Source: an uncultured Clostridium sp. (GTDB taxonomy: Bacteria; Bacillota; Clostridia; Lachnospirales; Lachnospiraceae). Taken from it: a stretch of DNA of 57,702 nt. This document shows, in pieces, positions 28,421 to 36,420 of this stretch (position 1 is its first letter; every line of letters starts with the position of its first letter). Below the pieces are notes generated by a model that was not told the DNA's origin, made no database searches, and was given only the letters and a program-made list of their open reading frames with translations. The stretch spans positions 1 to 57,702 of the forward strand of contig CAMEWU010000001.1 of NCBI GenBank assembly GCA_945946715.1, given 5' to 3'. Position numbers and translations under genes: made by a program.

Positions 28421-31396
28421 ATGAAGACGAGAAGAAAGAGAAAAAATTTTCAAAGTATTGTTATTGGAATGTCTATATTGGTAATGGCATGTGGACTATG
28501 GGGAGAAGGCCAATGCTCCTATGCACAGGCATCGAGGGAAACGACAATGGTGGACCAAATCATCATTGATGATTTTGAGGATGGAACGACTAGTGGCTGG
28601 GCAACATTAACAGGTTGGGACTATGATGGGGATGTTGGTATTACGGCTGTAGAATGGAATGGAGAAAATGTATTAAAATTAGATTTGGATTATACCGGCA
28701 AGGAAGAAGTTAGTTGGAGTGAAGCAAAGATTAAAAAGGATTTTTCTTCACCATATAGAATTTCCTCGTATAATTATTTGACCGTTGATATATATTATCC
28801 GGCAGAATTAAATGTAAACAATCTGGGAATGAAATTCTTTGCTAATGATGCAATAGACAAGGATGTATCAATTGAAGAAATCGAGACACTCAGTAATGGA
28901 TGGAAGAAAGGAATAGCAGCATTGAAGTTTTCACCGTCATCGAAACCACTTGGAAATTTGATACTGGGTATAGTAGGAAAAAATACAGGTTTTGTTGGCT
29001 CTGTGTATATTGATAACATTGTTTTAGGTCAATATAATGAGACTGGTGATTATGTTGACATTACATCTGTTCCGAATGCCACAGGAACACAGGCAAACCT
29101 TACCGGAATGCCTACGGAAGTAAAGTTGGCCGATGATTCAGCAACAGCAGAAACAATAAGATTGTATAGTTATTTGACTGCTCTTTCTGCGAATGATCAG
29201 GTGTTGTTTGGGCATGAAAATGATTATAACAAGAAGGTTTCTCAGACCGCATCCGAAGGTGATGTGAAGGAACTGACAGGAAGCTTAAGTGGTATATATG
29301 GTATTGATACCTTATCCATTTCAGGAGCTGAGCTTGGATTAACTGACTCAGAAGAGGCGATGAATACAGCAGTAGCGAACAGTCTGGCAGCAGCAAATCA
29401 GGGTTCTATTATAACCTTATCTGCACATATGCCGAATTTTACGAGTAATAAGATTACCGAGAATTCGGACGGTACATATAATTTTACTGCTTGTGATTTT
29501 GCTGAGTCGAAGGATTTAAACAACAACTGTGCAGAACAGATATTGCCTGGCGGAGCATATAATGCACAGTTCAATTCATATTTGGATATGATTGCAGAAT
29601 ATGCATTAAGATTACAGGATGAAGATGTACCAATTCTATTCCGACCATTTCATGAGAATAATGGCGGATGGTTCTGGTGGGGCTCCGGTACCGGTGTGGA
29701 AACTTACAAGAGTATTTATCGATATACAGAAGAATACTTAGGAGAAAAGGGAGTACATAATATGTTGTATGTATACTCTCCAAATGGACCTTTTACCAGT
29801 GAAAGTAAATATCTGGAACGGTATCCCGGAGATGAATATGTAGATATCTTAGCCTTTGATTATTATGACGATTATAATACTTATCCGGCAACTTCTGATG
29901 GAAGCTTTTACGATAGCTTAAAAACGTCCTGTCAGGTAGTATCTGGAATTGCTGTTCAAAAAGGAAAGCTGGCAGCTATTTCGGAAACCGGTGTCAGAGT
30001 CATGAAAAAGGATGGTTCTGATAATGAAGGACTGTTAATGACCGGAAATCCTGTGGCACAGAGTATAACCGGGAAAAACTGGTATCAGGAAGTAAGTGAA
30101 ATCGCAAATGAAGCTGGAATGCCTTATTATCTGGTATGGGCTAATTTTGGTGATACTAATTTCTATGTACCATATAAATACAACCATACTACGGGACAAG
30201 AAATGGTTAACGAATTCATAGACTTCTATAATTCGGATACATCCATATTTGCAGATGGAACTAATTTTTACTATGATTCTACATCCGTTACGGCAACATC
30301 TTATACCAATGCTTATGGATATATGATTGCACCATTTGACGGAGCAGTTATTAAAGATGCTACAGTATTGAGTGGAAGTGTTAAAAACGGAACTGATGTA
30401 AATTTCGTAATTACCAATCCGGATACCGGAAAGACATTACCATTGCCGGGTGTAATGCAATCAGAAACAAACGACACGACTACAATTTCGAATCAATATA
30501 CAGCAGAATTAAGCAAAGCACAGTTGGAAGAGCTTGGTAAGACAGACTCAGCAACCATTGAATTGAGATCAGGAGATACTTCGATTGCTATTTTGAGAAA
30601 TGTCAGCCTTGGAAAGGACAAGGATAAGGCACCGGCAAACATCATTGATAATTTTGAATTCTATGCAGGAAGTGAAAGCTTGTTACAAAGTACACATACT
30701 GAGAATTCTGCAGGCGGGTGTACTTCTGAATTCCTGTTGGATACTGAGAATAAATCTGACGGCAATTATGGCGGTGGATTCCATTATCAATTGGAAACTA
30801 CTGGAAGCGAGGTGTGGACTGGTCAGATTCTGGCATTAGAAAATCAGGATTACTCTGCATATAACGCTATCGAGATGTGGGTGAAACCGGATGGAAAGGC
30901 TCAGAAGTTTGTAGTACAGTTTACAGATGCGTCCGGTGAAGAATTCGAAGTGTATCTGACGAATTTCGTAAAGGGGACAGAGGCACAATATGTAATCATT
31001 CCATTCTCCTCTTTTGTAGGGAAGCAGGGAGGAACATTGGATACATCTAGATTAACAAAGTTTGCTGTATGGTGTAATTCAATTATTCCAGAGAATCATA
31101 CCGGAACATGGAAAGTAGATTCTACAATCTATATGGATGGAATCCAAGGAATAGAAGTGTCGGAAGAAACATTGAGTCAGGTGGATGAAGACGGATTGAT
31201 TTTTAGCGATACTTCATTTGCGAATCAAGAGGGTACGGCATCAACAACGGATTCTTCCGATGATGGTACCTCGACTCAAAATAATTCTAAGATTGTAGGT
31301 AAAGTTTTACTTTGTCTCGCTATTGTAATTGTAGTAGCGACTATAATATTTGGCATCATAGGTTTGAAAAGAAAAAATAATCAAAAGAAGAAATAA
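28421..31396 (+). CDS. Secreted GH26 beta-mannanase with flanking carbohydrate-binding-like domains and a C-terminal TM anchor
   Basis: Signal peptide. GH26 motifs FRPFHENNGGWFWWG (acid/base) and AAISETG (nucleophile). C-terminal hydrophobic helix followed by KRKNNQKKK. Confidence 0.8.
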   Translation: MKTRRKRKNFQSIVIGMSILVMACGLWGEGQCSYAQASRETTMVDQIIIDDFEDGTTSGWATLTGWDYDGDVGITAVEWNGENVLKLDLDYTGKEEVSWSEAKIKKDFSSPYRISSYNYLTVDIYYPAELNVNNLGMKFFANDAIDKDVSIEEIETLSNGWKKGIAALKFSPSSKPLGNLILGIVGKNTGFVGSVYIDNIVLGQYNETGDYVDITSVPNATGTQANLTGMPTEVKLADDSATAETIRLYSYLTALSANDQVLFGHENDYNKKVSQTASEGDVKELTGSLSGIYGIDTLSISGAELGLTDSEEAMNTAVANSLAAANQGSIITLSAHMPNFTSNKITENSDGTYNFTACDFAESKDLNNNCAEQILPGGAYNAQFNSYLDMIAEYALRLQDEDVPILFRPFHENNGGWFWWGSGTGVETYKSIYRYTEEYLGEKGVHNMLYVYSPNGPFTSESKYLERYPGDEYVDILAFDYYDDYNTYPATSDGSFYDSLKTSCQVVSGIAVQKGKLAAISETGVRVMKKDGSDNEGLLMTGNPVAQSITGKNWYQEVSEIANEAGMPYYLVWANFGDTNFYVPYKYNHTTGQEMVNEFIDFYNSDTSIFADGTNFYYDSTSVTATSYTNAYGYMIAPFDGAVIKDATVLSGSVKNGTDVNFVITNPDTGKTLPLPGVMQSETNDTTTISNQYTAELSKAQLEELGKTDSATIELRSGDTSIAILRNVSLGKDKDKAPANIIDNFEFYAGSESLLQSTHTENSAGGCTSEFLLDTENKSDGNYGGGFHYQLETTGSEVWTGQILALENQDYSAYNAIEMWVKPDGKAQKFVVQFTDASGEEFEVYLTNFVKGTEAQYVIIPFSSFVGKQGGTLDTSRLTKFAVWCNSIIPENHTGTWKVDSTIYMDGIQGIEVSEETLSQVDEDGLIFSDTSFANQEGTASTTDSSDDGTSTQNNSKIVGKVLLCLAIVIVVATIIFGIIGLKRKNNQKKK

Positions 31397-31423
31397 CCAT
31401 TAAAATGTGTGTGTGTGTGAAAA

Positions 31424-31449
31424 GGCAGTCTGGCAGCAGGCTGTCTTTT
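31424..31449 (+). terminator. Rho-independent terminator
   Basis: GGCAGTCTG-GCAG-CAGGCTGTC followed by TTTT. Confidence 0.55.
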
Positions 31450-31510
31450 CTAATGCATTAGCACGCTTCCTATGATATAATAGTTGTAATGTAATACGGA
31501 GGTGATAGAT

Positions 31511-31894
31511 ATGGGATTTGCAATTTTTTTATTAATATGTAATCTGTTAATTCCTATCATTATGTTGGGGATCGGTCTGATGTTTGAAAAGACATCGCCG
31601 GGAAAAATCAATCATTTCTACGGATACCGAACCAAAATGTCCATGTTAAATCAAGACACATGGACGTTTGCACATTCTTATTGTGGACGGTTATGGAAGA
31701 AAATCGGAATCATCATGCTTCCATTATCCATACTTGCCAGCCTTCCTATGTTCTGGATGAAGAGTGATGATGGACAGGGAATCCTTACATGTGTGATTGA
31801 AGGTCTTCAGATTGTAATCCTACTGGTATCCATTTATCCGGTGGAACGGGCATTAAAGCAGAATTTTGATGAAAAAGGTAATCGAAAATCATAA
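31511..31894 (+). CDS. SdpI/YhfL-family membrane protein
   Basis: NHFYGYRT...WTFAH motif and 4 TM segments. GGAGGTG RBS before the ATG at 31511. Confidence 0.6.
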   Translation: MGFAIFLLICNLLIPIIMLGIGLMFEKTSPGKINHFYGYRTKMSMLNQDTWTFAHSYCGRLWKKIGIIMLPLSILASLPMFWMKSDDGQGILTCVIEGLQIVILLVSIYPVERALKQNFDEKGNRKS

Positions 31895-31899
31895 ATCTG

Positions 31900-32583
31900 T
31901 TATAACAATTCCCTTATCTGGTTTAAGTTCTGAATCGTGTAGTGGATAGGAAGGTTATCGATGTTTTCTTTGCCTTCCGGATTGTACCAGCAACACTGTA
32001 TTCCGACATGGACACCGCCCAGCATATCGCTGGAGAGAGAATCACCAACAATCAAAATTTCGTCTTTGGTATAGGTTCCAATGTGTTGCAATACATAGTC
32101 AAAAAATTCCCTGGCAGGTTTTTCATAGCCAATTTCATCGGATATAAATACACCATCTATCAGCGGAAGCAGGTTTGAACGTTCCAGCTTCCGCTTTTGT
32201 GCGACTAGGGCACCGTTGGTTACGATATATTGCTTAACACTTCCCTGAAGGGATTGAATTAATTCATATGCATGATCCAGAAAACAGATGGTATCTCCCA
32301 GACGTAGCTGATACTCCCTGTTAAAATCTGCGGCAATAGAGGCGTCCAGATGATAGGAGGATAAGAACTCCTCAAACCGTTGAACTAAAAGACGGGACTT
32401 GGTAATCTCACCAAGTTCCAAACGCTTCCAGTAATTATCATTCAAAGCAGAATATTCCAGAATCATTTCATCGGTACATTCTCCCAAATGAAACTTCTCA
32501 AAGCATTTCCGTATGGCATTGCGTTCCGCTGCTTTGAAATCTAAAATTGTTCCGTCCATATCCCATAGAATAACTTTTATCAT
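31900..32583 (-). CDS. HAD-family hydrolase, YjjG-like nucleotidase
   Basis: LWDMDGTILDF, YEKP and GDSLSSDMLGG motifs. Start chosen at MIKVILWD; the ORF track start at 32682 overlaps the upstream gene. Confidence 0.75.
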   Translation of the reverse strand: MIKVILWDMDGTILDFKAAERNAIRKCFEKFHLGECTDEMILEYSALNDNYWKRLELGEITKSRLLVQRFEEFLSSYHLDASIAADFNREYQLRLGDTICFLDHAYELIQSLQGSVKQYIVTNGALVAQKRKLERSNLLPLIDGVFISDEIGYEKPAREFFDYVLQHIGTYTKDEILIVGDSLSSDMLGGVHVGIQCCWYNPEGKENIDNLPIHYTIQNLNQIRELL

Positions 32584-32668
32584 ATAACCCTCTGTTTCTA
32601 AAACCATTTTATCCCTTAAAATAATATCTCTTAAATATGAAAAGATTTCGTTTATTCTATCAATGGTA

Positions 32669-33865
32669 TTAAGGTTTGTCAATGAGAAACCGGTCTGCCA
32701 GTAACAGCCAGTTTGCCCGGAAAAGACGCATAATCTGCCAGTACCCCATACCGTGTAACTGATACTCTTTTACCAGATTGAATTTTGCCTGCATACTGCG
32801 GACATCCTCAAACCATACTTCGTGGGCAATTCCGTTATTGGTATAAGTAAAGAAGGGAGACATGGCAGTTTCGTCAAATTGTATCTCGGCTCCATTGTTA
32901 GCGGCAATGGTAATAGCTTCAACATTCCCGATGGTAGTAGCTCTGGTCACTCCTTTTTCATAAGGTAAAGGCCAGTCATATCCATAATTGGGAATCCCCA
33001 GATTAATTTTTTCGTTGGGAATACGGGTAAGGGCATATTCTACTACCTGTCGGACGTTATTAATAGGAGCGACTGCCATTGGCTGGCTATAGGTATATCC
33101 CCATTCATAAGTCATTAATAAGACTTCGTCAGCGGCTTCCCCTAATAAAGCATAATCCTTCCCTTCATATAGCAGTCCGGGCTGGTCGTCACTGGTCTTG
33201 GGTGCCAGAGCAACGGTAACCGGATATCCAAGTTGATTGATTGCAGAGCGGACATCACGGACAAAGTCAGCAAATACAATCCTGTCCTGTGGCAGAATAT
33301 ATTCAAAATCAATGTCTACACCCTGAAATCCTTTTTCTAATACCGTAGATGTCAGATTCTCAATTAACGTTCTTTTCGTAACAGGATGATTGATGACTGC
33401 AGAAATCAGACTGTTATTAAAACGTCCGCTGGCATCAAAGGGGGTTAATGTCAGAAAGGGCGCGGTGCCATTAATCAAGGCGGCTTGAATCATGTAAGAA
33501 TCATCCACCATCGGTGGAATTAATTCACCTTCCATGGAAAATCCATAAGAAAAGACGGATAATCTGGATAAATATGGAAGGGTTTGGTTCAGAACCCATT
33601 GATTGATAAAGGGATAGGCATACCCATTTGTAACCACAAAACGGGAAGGCTGTATTGTGGAAGGAGTGGATAACAGTAATGCCTGCCCTATAACCAACGT
33701 GTATGGATAAATTAATTGGTTATTGTAAATGATAGTGTCTGCCCCAATCTGATAAGTGGCAGCTATGGAATTGACGGTGTCACCGGAAGCTACAATGTGG
33801 ATAGTCATAAAAGGGTCCGTTTCGCAGGTCTTATTCATTAGTATATGATAAAAATCTCTTAACAT
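32669..33865 (-). CDS. LysM-domain GH18 hydrolase (YaaH/SleL-like spore peptidoglycan hydrolase). True start probably internal, near 33808.
   Basis: LysM HIVASGDTVNSIAATYQ...NQL followed by the GH18 catalytic motif GVDIDFEY. Confidence 0.75.
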   Translation of the reverse strand: MLRDFYHILMNKTCETDPFMTIHIVASGDTVNSIAATYQIGADTIIYNNQLIYPYTLVIGQALLLSTPSTIQPSRFVVTNGYAYPFINQWVLNQTLPYLSRLSVFSYGFSMEGELIPPMVDDSYMIQAALINGTAPFLTLTPFDASGRFNNSLISAVINHPVTKRTLIENLTSTVLEKGFQGVDIDFEYILPQDRIVFADFVRDVRSAINQLGYPVTVALAPKTSDDQPGLLYEGKDYALLGEAADEVLLMTYEWGYTYSQPMAVAPINNVRQVVEYALTRIPNEKINLGIPNYGYDWPLPYEKGVTRATTIGNVEAITIAANNGAEIQFDETAMSPFFTYTNNGIAHEVWFEDVRSMQAKFNLVKEYQLHGMGYWQIMRLFRANWLLLADRFLIDKP

Positions 33866-33887
33866 TCAATTTTGACGGGGGTATACT
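33859..33887 (+). promoter_or_regulatory. Promoter of the T-box leader
   Basis: TTAACA, 17 nt, TATACT. Confidence 0.5.
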
Positions 33888-33910
33888 AGCAACCAGAAAA
33901 AGGAAAATAA

Positions 33911-34170
33911 ACCGATGAGCAAGAGGAGTAGGCAGGCATGAAGCACCCAGAGAGCCGTAGGTGGTGAGATTACGGCAGTGGATAACCTGGTGAATGGGCT
34001 TGCGAGGGTGGCTTGAAATCATGTAAAGCATGAGAGTAGATGTCAACGGGGTTCCTGCCGTTATCAGAAGGAGACATATGGAAGTATGTTCAGAGTGGGT
34101 ATAGATATACCAATTTGGGTGGTACCGCAGAAGTGTAAGCTTTTGTCCCTTAGTAGGGACAAATACCTTT
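33911..34170 (+). promoter_or_regulatory. T-box riboswitch leader with specifier codon UGG (tryptophan), including antiterminator and terminator
   Basis: K-turn GATGA...GA. Specifier loop AGTA / GAA-TGG-G (codon at 33995-33997). AG bulge AGAGAG and distal loop GGTGGTGAGA. T-box AATTTGGGTGGTACCGCAG (34113-34130). Terminator TTTGTCCCT-TAGT-AGGGACAAA. Confidence 0.85.
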
Positions 34171-34452
34171 AATATCTCCACAGCATCATCCATTGTAGTA
34201 TCTGCTTATGGCATTCCGGTAGCCAAGCATGGGAACCGAAGTGTGTCCAGCAAATGTGGTGATTATGGAAAAATCTACTGTGATGCCAATGGAAATAGCA
34301 CCGTTCACGAAGGCACTTGTGATTTCCCAAACTGCATGGGTTCTCATGTATATGCATGTACGACATGTGGAGGAGGAACAACTCCGGTTACCTGTGCAAG
34401 CTGCAATGGAAGTGGAAAGTGTAAGGTTTGTGGCGGAAGCGGAACACAGTAA
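34162..34452 (+). pseudogene. trpD: Chimeric relic ORF: 33 codons of trpD (34162-34260) fused in frame to a 63-codon Cys/Gly-rich tail
   Basis: [33 protein letters not shown] matches the TrpD signature NISTAS...[13 protein letters not shown]. There is no ATG or SD (only a GTG at 34243). The tail carries [15 protein letters not shown] and CKVCGGSG motifs. Confidence 0.6.
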
Positions 34453-34471
34453 CAGAAAGAAAATCAGATGA

Positions 34472-34527
34472 ATTACCGACTAAGTCATTGCCAATAATGG
34501 TAATGACTTAGTCGGTAATTGTTTTTT
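34472..34527 (+). terminator. Strong rho-independent terminator
   Basis: 18-bp stem ATTACCGACTAAGTCATT / AATGACTTAGTCGGTAAT followed by TGTTTTTT. Confidence 0.85.
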
Positions 34528-34609
34528 AAAAATCTCTTATATATAATGATTCTTGTGTGAAAACGAATGAGAGTTATTTATGAATATTAGTTATAGGAGT
34601 AAGGAAAGT

Positions 34610-36349
34610 ATGAAGTTCAACCAAAGACTAAATGAGTATATTGAGGAATTACAATGTTCTGCCAAAGAGCTGGCAGAAGCATCCCGGCTTTCAGCAACGG
34701 TTGTCAGCAGATACCGGACAGGTGAGCGTGTTCCGGCAGCAGACAGTGAACAGCTTCAGAAGCTGGTATCCGGTATTGTGAATGTGGCTCAAAGCAAAGG
34801 AAAGAATGAACTGGAAAAAGAAATCGTTTTTCAGGAATTGGCGGACACATTAAAAGAGAATGATTGGAATTATGATATATTTTTGAAGCATTTTAATGCA
34901 ATTATACTGGTTCTTAATATCAATATAGCTGAGATGGCAAGGGGAATTAATTACGATGCCTCCTATATCAGCCGGATTCGTTCCGGTCAGCGCCATCCTG
35001 CTAATATGGAGAATTTTATTGAAAACATTAGTCAATTTATTGTAAAAAGATATAATAAAACTACAGATTTAGAAATCGTAGCACCATTATTGAATGTAAG
35101 TGTAGCTGATATAGAAGCAGAACCAAGATATCTGGCAGCATTGCTGGAATGGTTTTATAGCGAAGAATCCTCACAAAAGAAGGATGATATCAGTGAGTTT
35201 TTGAAACAAGTAGATGAATTTGATTTAGATGAGTATATTAAGGCCATTCATTTTGATGAAATGAAAGTACCACCGGCTCTACCTGTTCAGTTACCAACTT
35301 CAAAGAATTATTATGGGCTGGAAGCTATGAAAACAGGAACTTTGGATTTCCTGAAAGCGACGGTAATGGCAAAAAGCATGGAAGATGTATATGTGTTGGA
35401 TGATACGCCTATCGCAGATAAAGCAAAAGACTCTGATTTTCCAAAAAAGTGGATGTTTGGCATTGCAATGGTGTTAAAGAAAGGCTTACATATCCACATG
35501 GTTCATAATTTAAACAGGCCATTTGAGGAAATGATGTTAGGTCTGGAAGCTTGGATACCCCTTTATATGACGGGACAGGTTTCTCCGTATTATTTAAAAG
35601 GAGTTCACAATCAGGTGTTTGGGCATTTTCTGTATACGTCAGGAGTTGCTGCCTTATCCGGGGAAAGTATTGCAGACTATCATGACCATGGGAAATATTA
35701 TTTGACGAAAAACCGGACAGAACTTTCGTATTACCGCCAACGTTCAAAAGATATTATCAGTCAGGCAAATCCGTTGATGGAGATATATCGAAAGGCAGAA
35801 GAAGATACATTTCAGGCGTTTTTGAATCGTGATGCATTAGAAGATGGCTCCCGGCATGAATTGTTGTCGGCATTGCCAATTTATACGATTTCAGATGATT
35901 TATTAGTGCGTATGCTTCAACGGAATGGGATAGATAATGAGGAGCAACAGCAAATCATACAGAAAGTCAATGAGTTAAAGCGTATTACAGAAGAGATTTT
36001 GAAAAAGAATCCAATCCGCACAGAGATTCCGGAACCTACCAAAAAGGAATTTCAAGAGCATCCCATGCGCTTGTCATTATCAGGGATATTCTATGAGCAG
36101 GAAATTGTTTATACTTATGAAGAGTATCTGGAACATCTGGAGCAGACGAAAACGTTTGCAGAAATTCAGAAGAACTATAGTTTGCAGCGAATGAAAGTGG
36201 AAGCGTTCCGAAATATCCAGATAACCATTCATGAAGGAAAATGGGCAATGGTATCCAAGAATAAATGTCCGGCAATACATTTTGTAATCCGGCATCCGAA
36301 GCTATGTAATGCATTAGAGAATATGGTAACACCAATGATAGAACCATAA
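34610..36349 (+). CDS. Large XRE-type helix-turn-helix protein (two HTH motifs), function unknown
   Basis: LQCSAKELAEASRLSATVVSRYRTGERVP and NIAEMARGINYDASYISRIRSGQRHP. Start chosen at MKFNQRLNEY after AGGAGTAAGGAAAG. Confidence 0.6.
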   Translation: MKFNQRLNEYIEELQCSAKELAEASRLSATVVSRYRTGERVPAADSEQLQKLVSGIVNVAQSKGKNELEKEIVFQELADTLKENDWNYDIFLKHFNAIILVLNINIAEMARGINYDASYISRIRSGQRHPANMENFIENISQFIVKRYNKTTDLEIVAPLLNVSVADIEAEPRYLAALLEWFYSEESSQKKDDISEFLKQVDEFDLDEYIKAIHFDEMKVPPALPVQLPTSKNYYGLEAMKTGTLDFLKATVMAKSMEDVYVLDDTPIADKAKDSDFPKKWMFGIAMVLKKGLHIHMVHNLNRPFEEMMLGLEAWIPLYMTGQVSPYYLKGVHNQVFGHFLYTSGVAALSGESIADYHDHGKYYLTKNRTELSYYRQRSKDIISQANPLMEIYRKAEEDTFQAFLNRDALEDGSRHELLSALPIYTISDDLLVRMLQRNGIDNEEQQQIIQKVNELKRITEEILKKNPIRTEIPEPTKKEFQEHPMRLSLSGIFYEQEIVYTYEEYLEHLEQTKTFAEIQKNYSLQRMKVEAFRNIQITIHEGKWAMVSKNKCPAIHFVIRHPKLCNALENMVTPMIEP

Positions 36350-36370
36350 CGTATATAGATTATGAAAATG

Positions 36371-36400
36371 AAAAAGGGCGTTCAATAGAACGCCCTTCTT
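36371..36400. terminator. Bidirectional terminator
   Basis: AAGGGCGTTC-AATA-GAACGCCCTT with A/T runs on both sides. Confidence 0.75.
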
Positions 36401-36420
36401 GTATGTGATGAATGATGTAC

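Noticed and set aside
31406-31419. (TG)7 dinucleotide microsatellite just after the GH26 stop codon
   Set aside because: It lies between a stop codon and the terminator, not in a promoter spacer or coding region. A phase-variation role is therefore unlikely. It is noted only as a rare bacterial dinucleotide run.
33831-34381. Minus-strand ORFs 33831-34193 and 34169-34381, and plus-strand ORF 34229-34471
   Set aside because: They overlap the T-box leader and the trpD-like frame. They have no RBS and no recognisable motifs. The alternative frame carries the clear TrpD signature.
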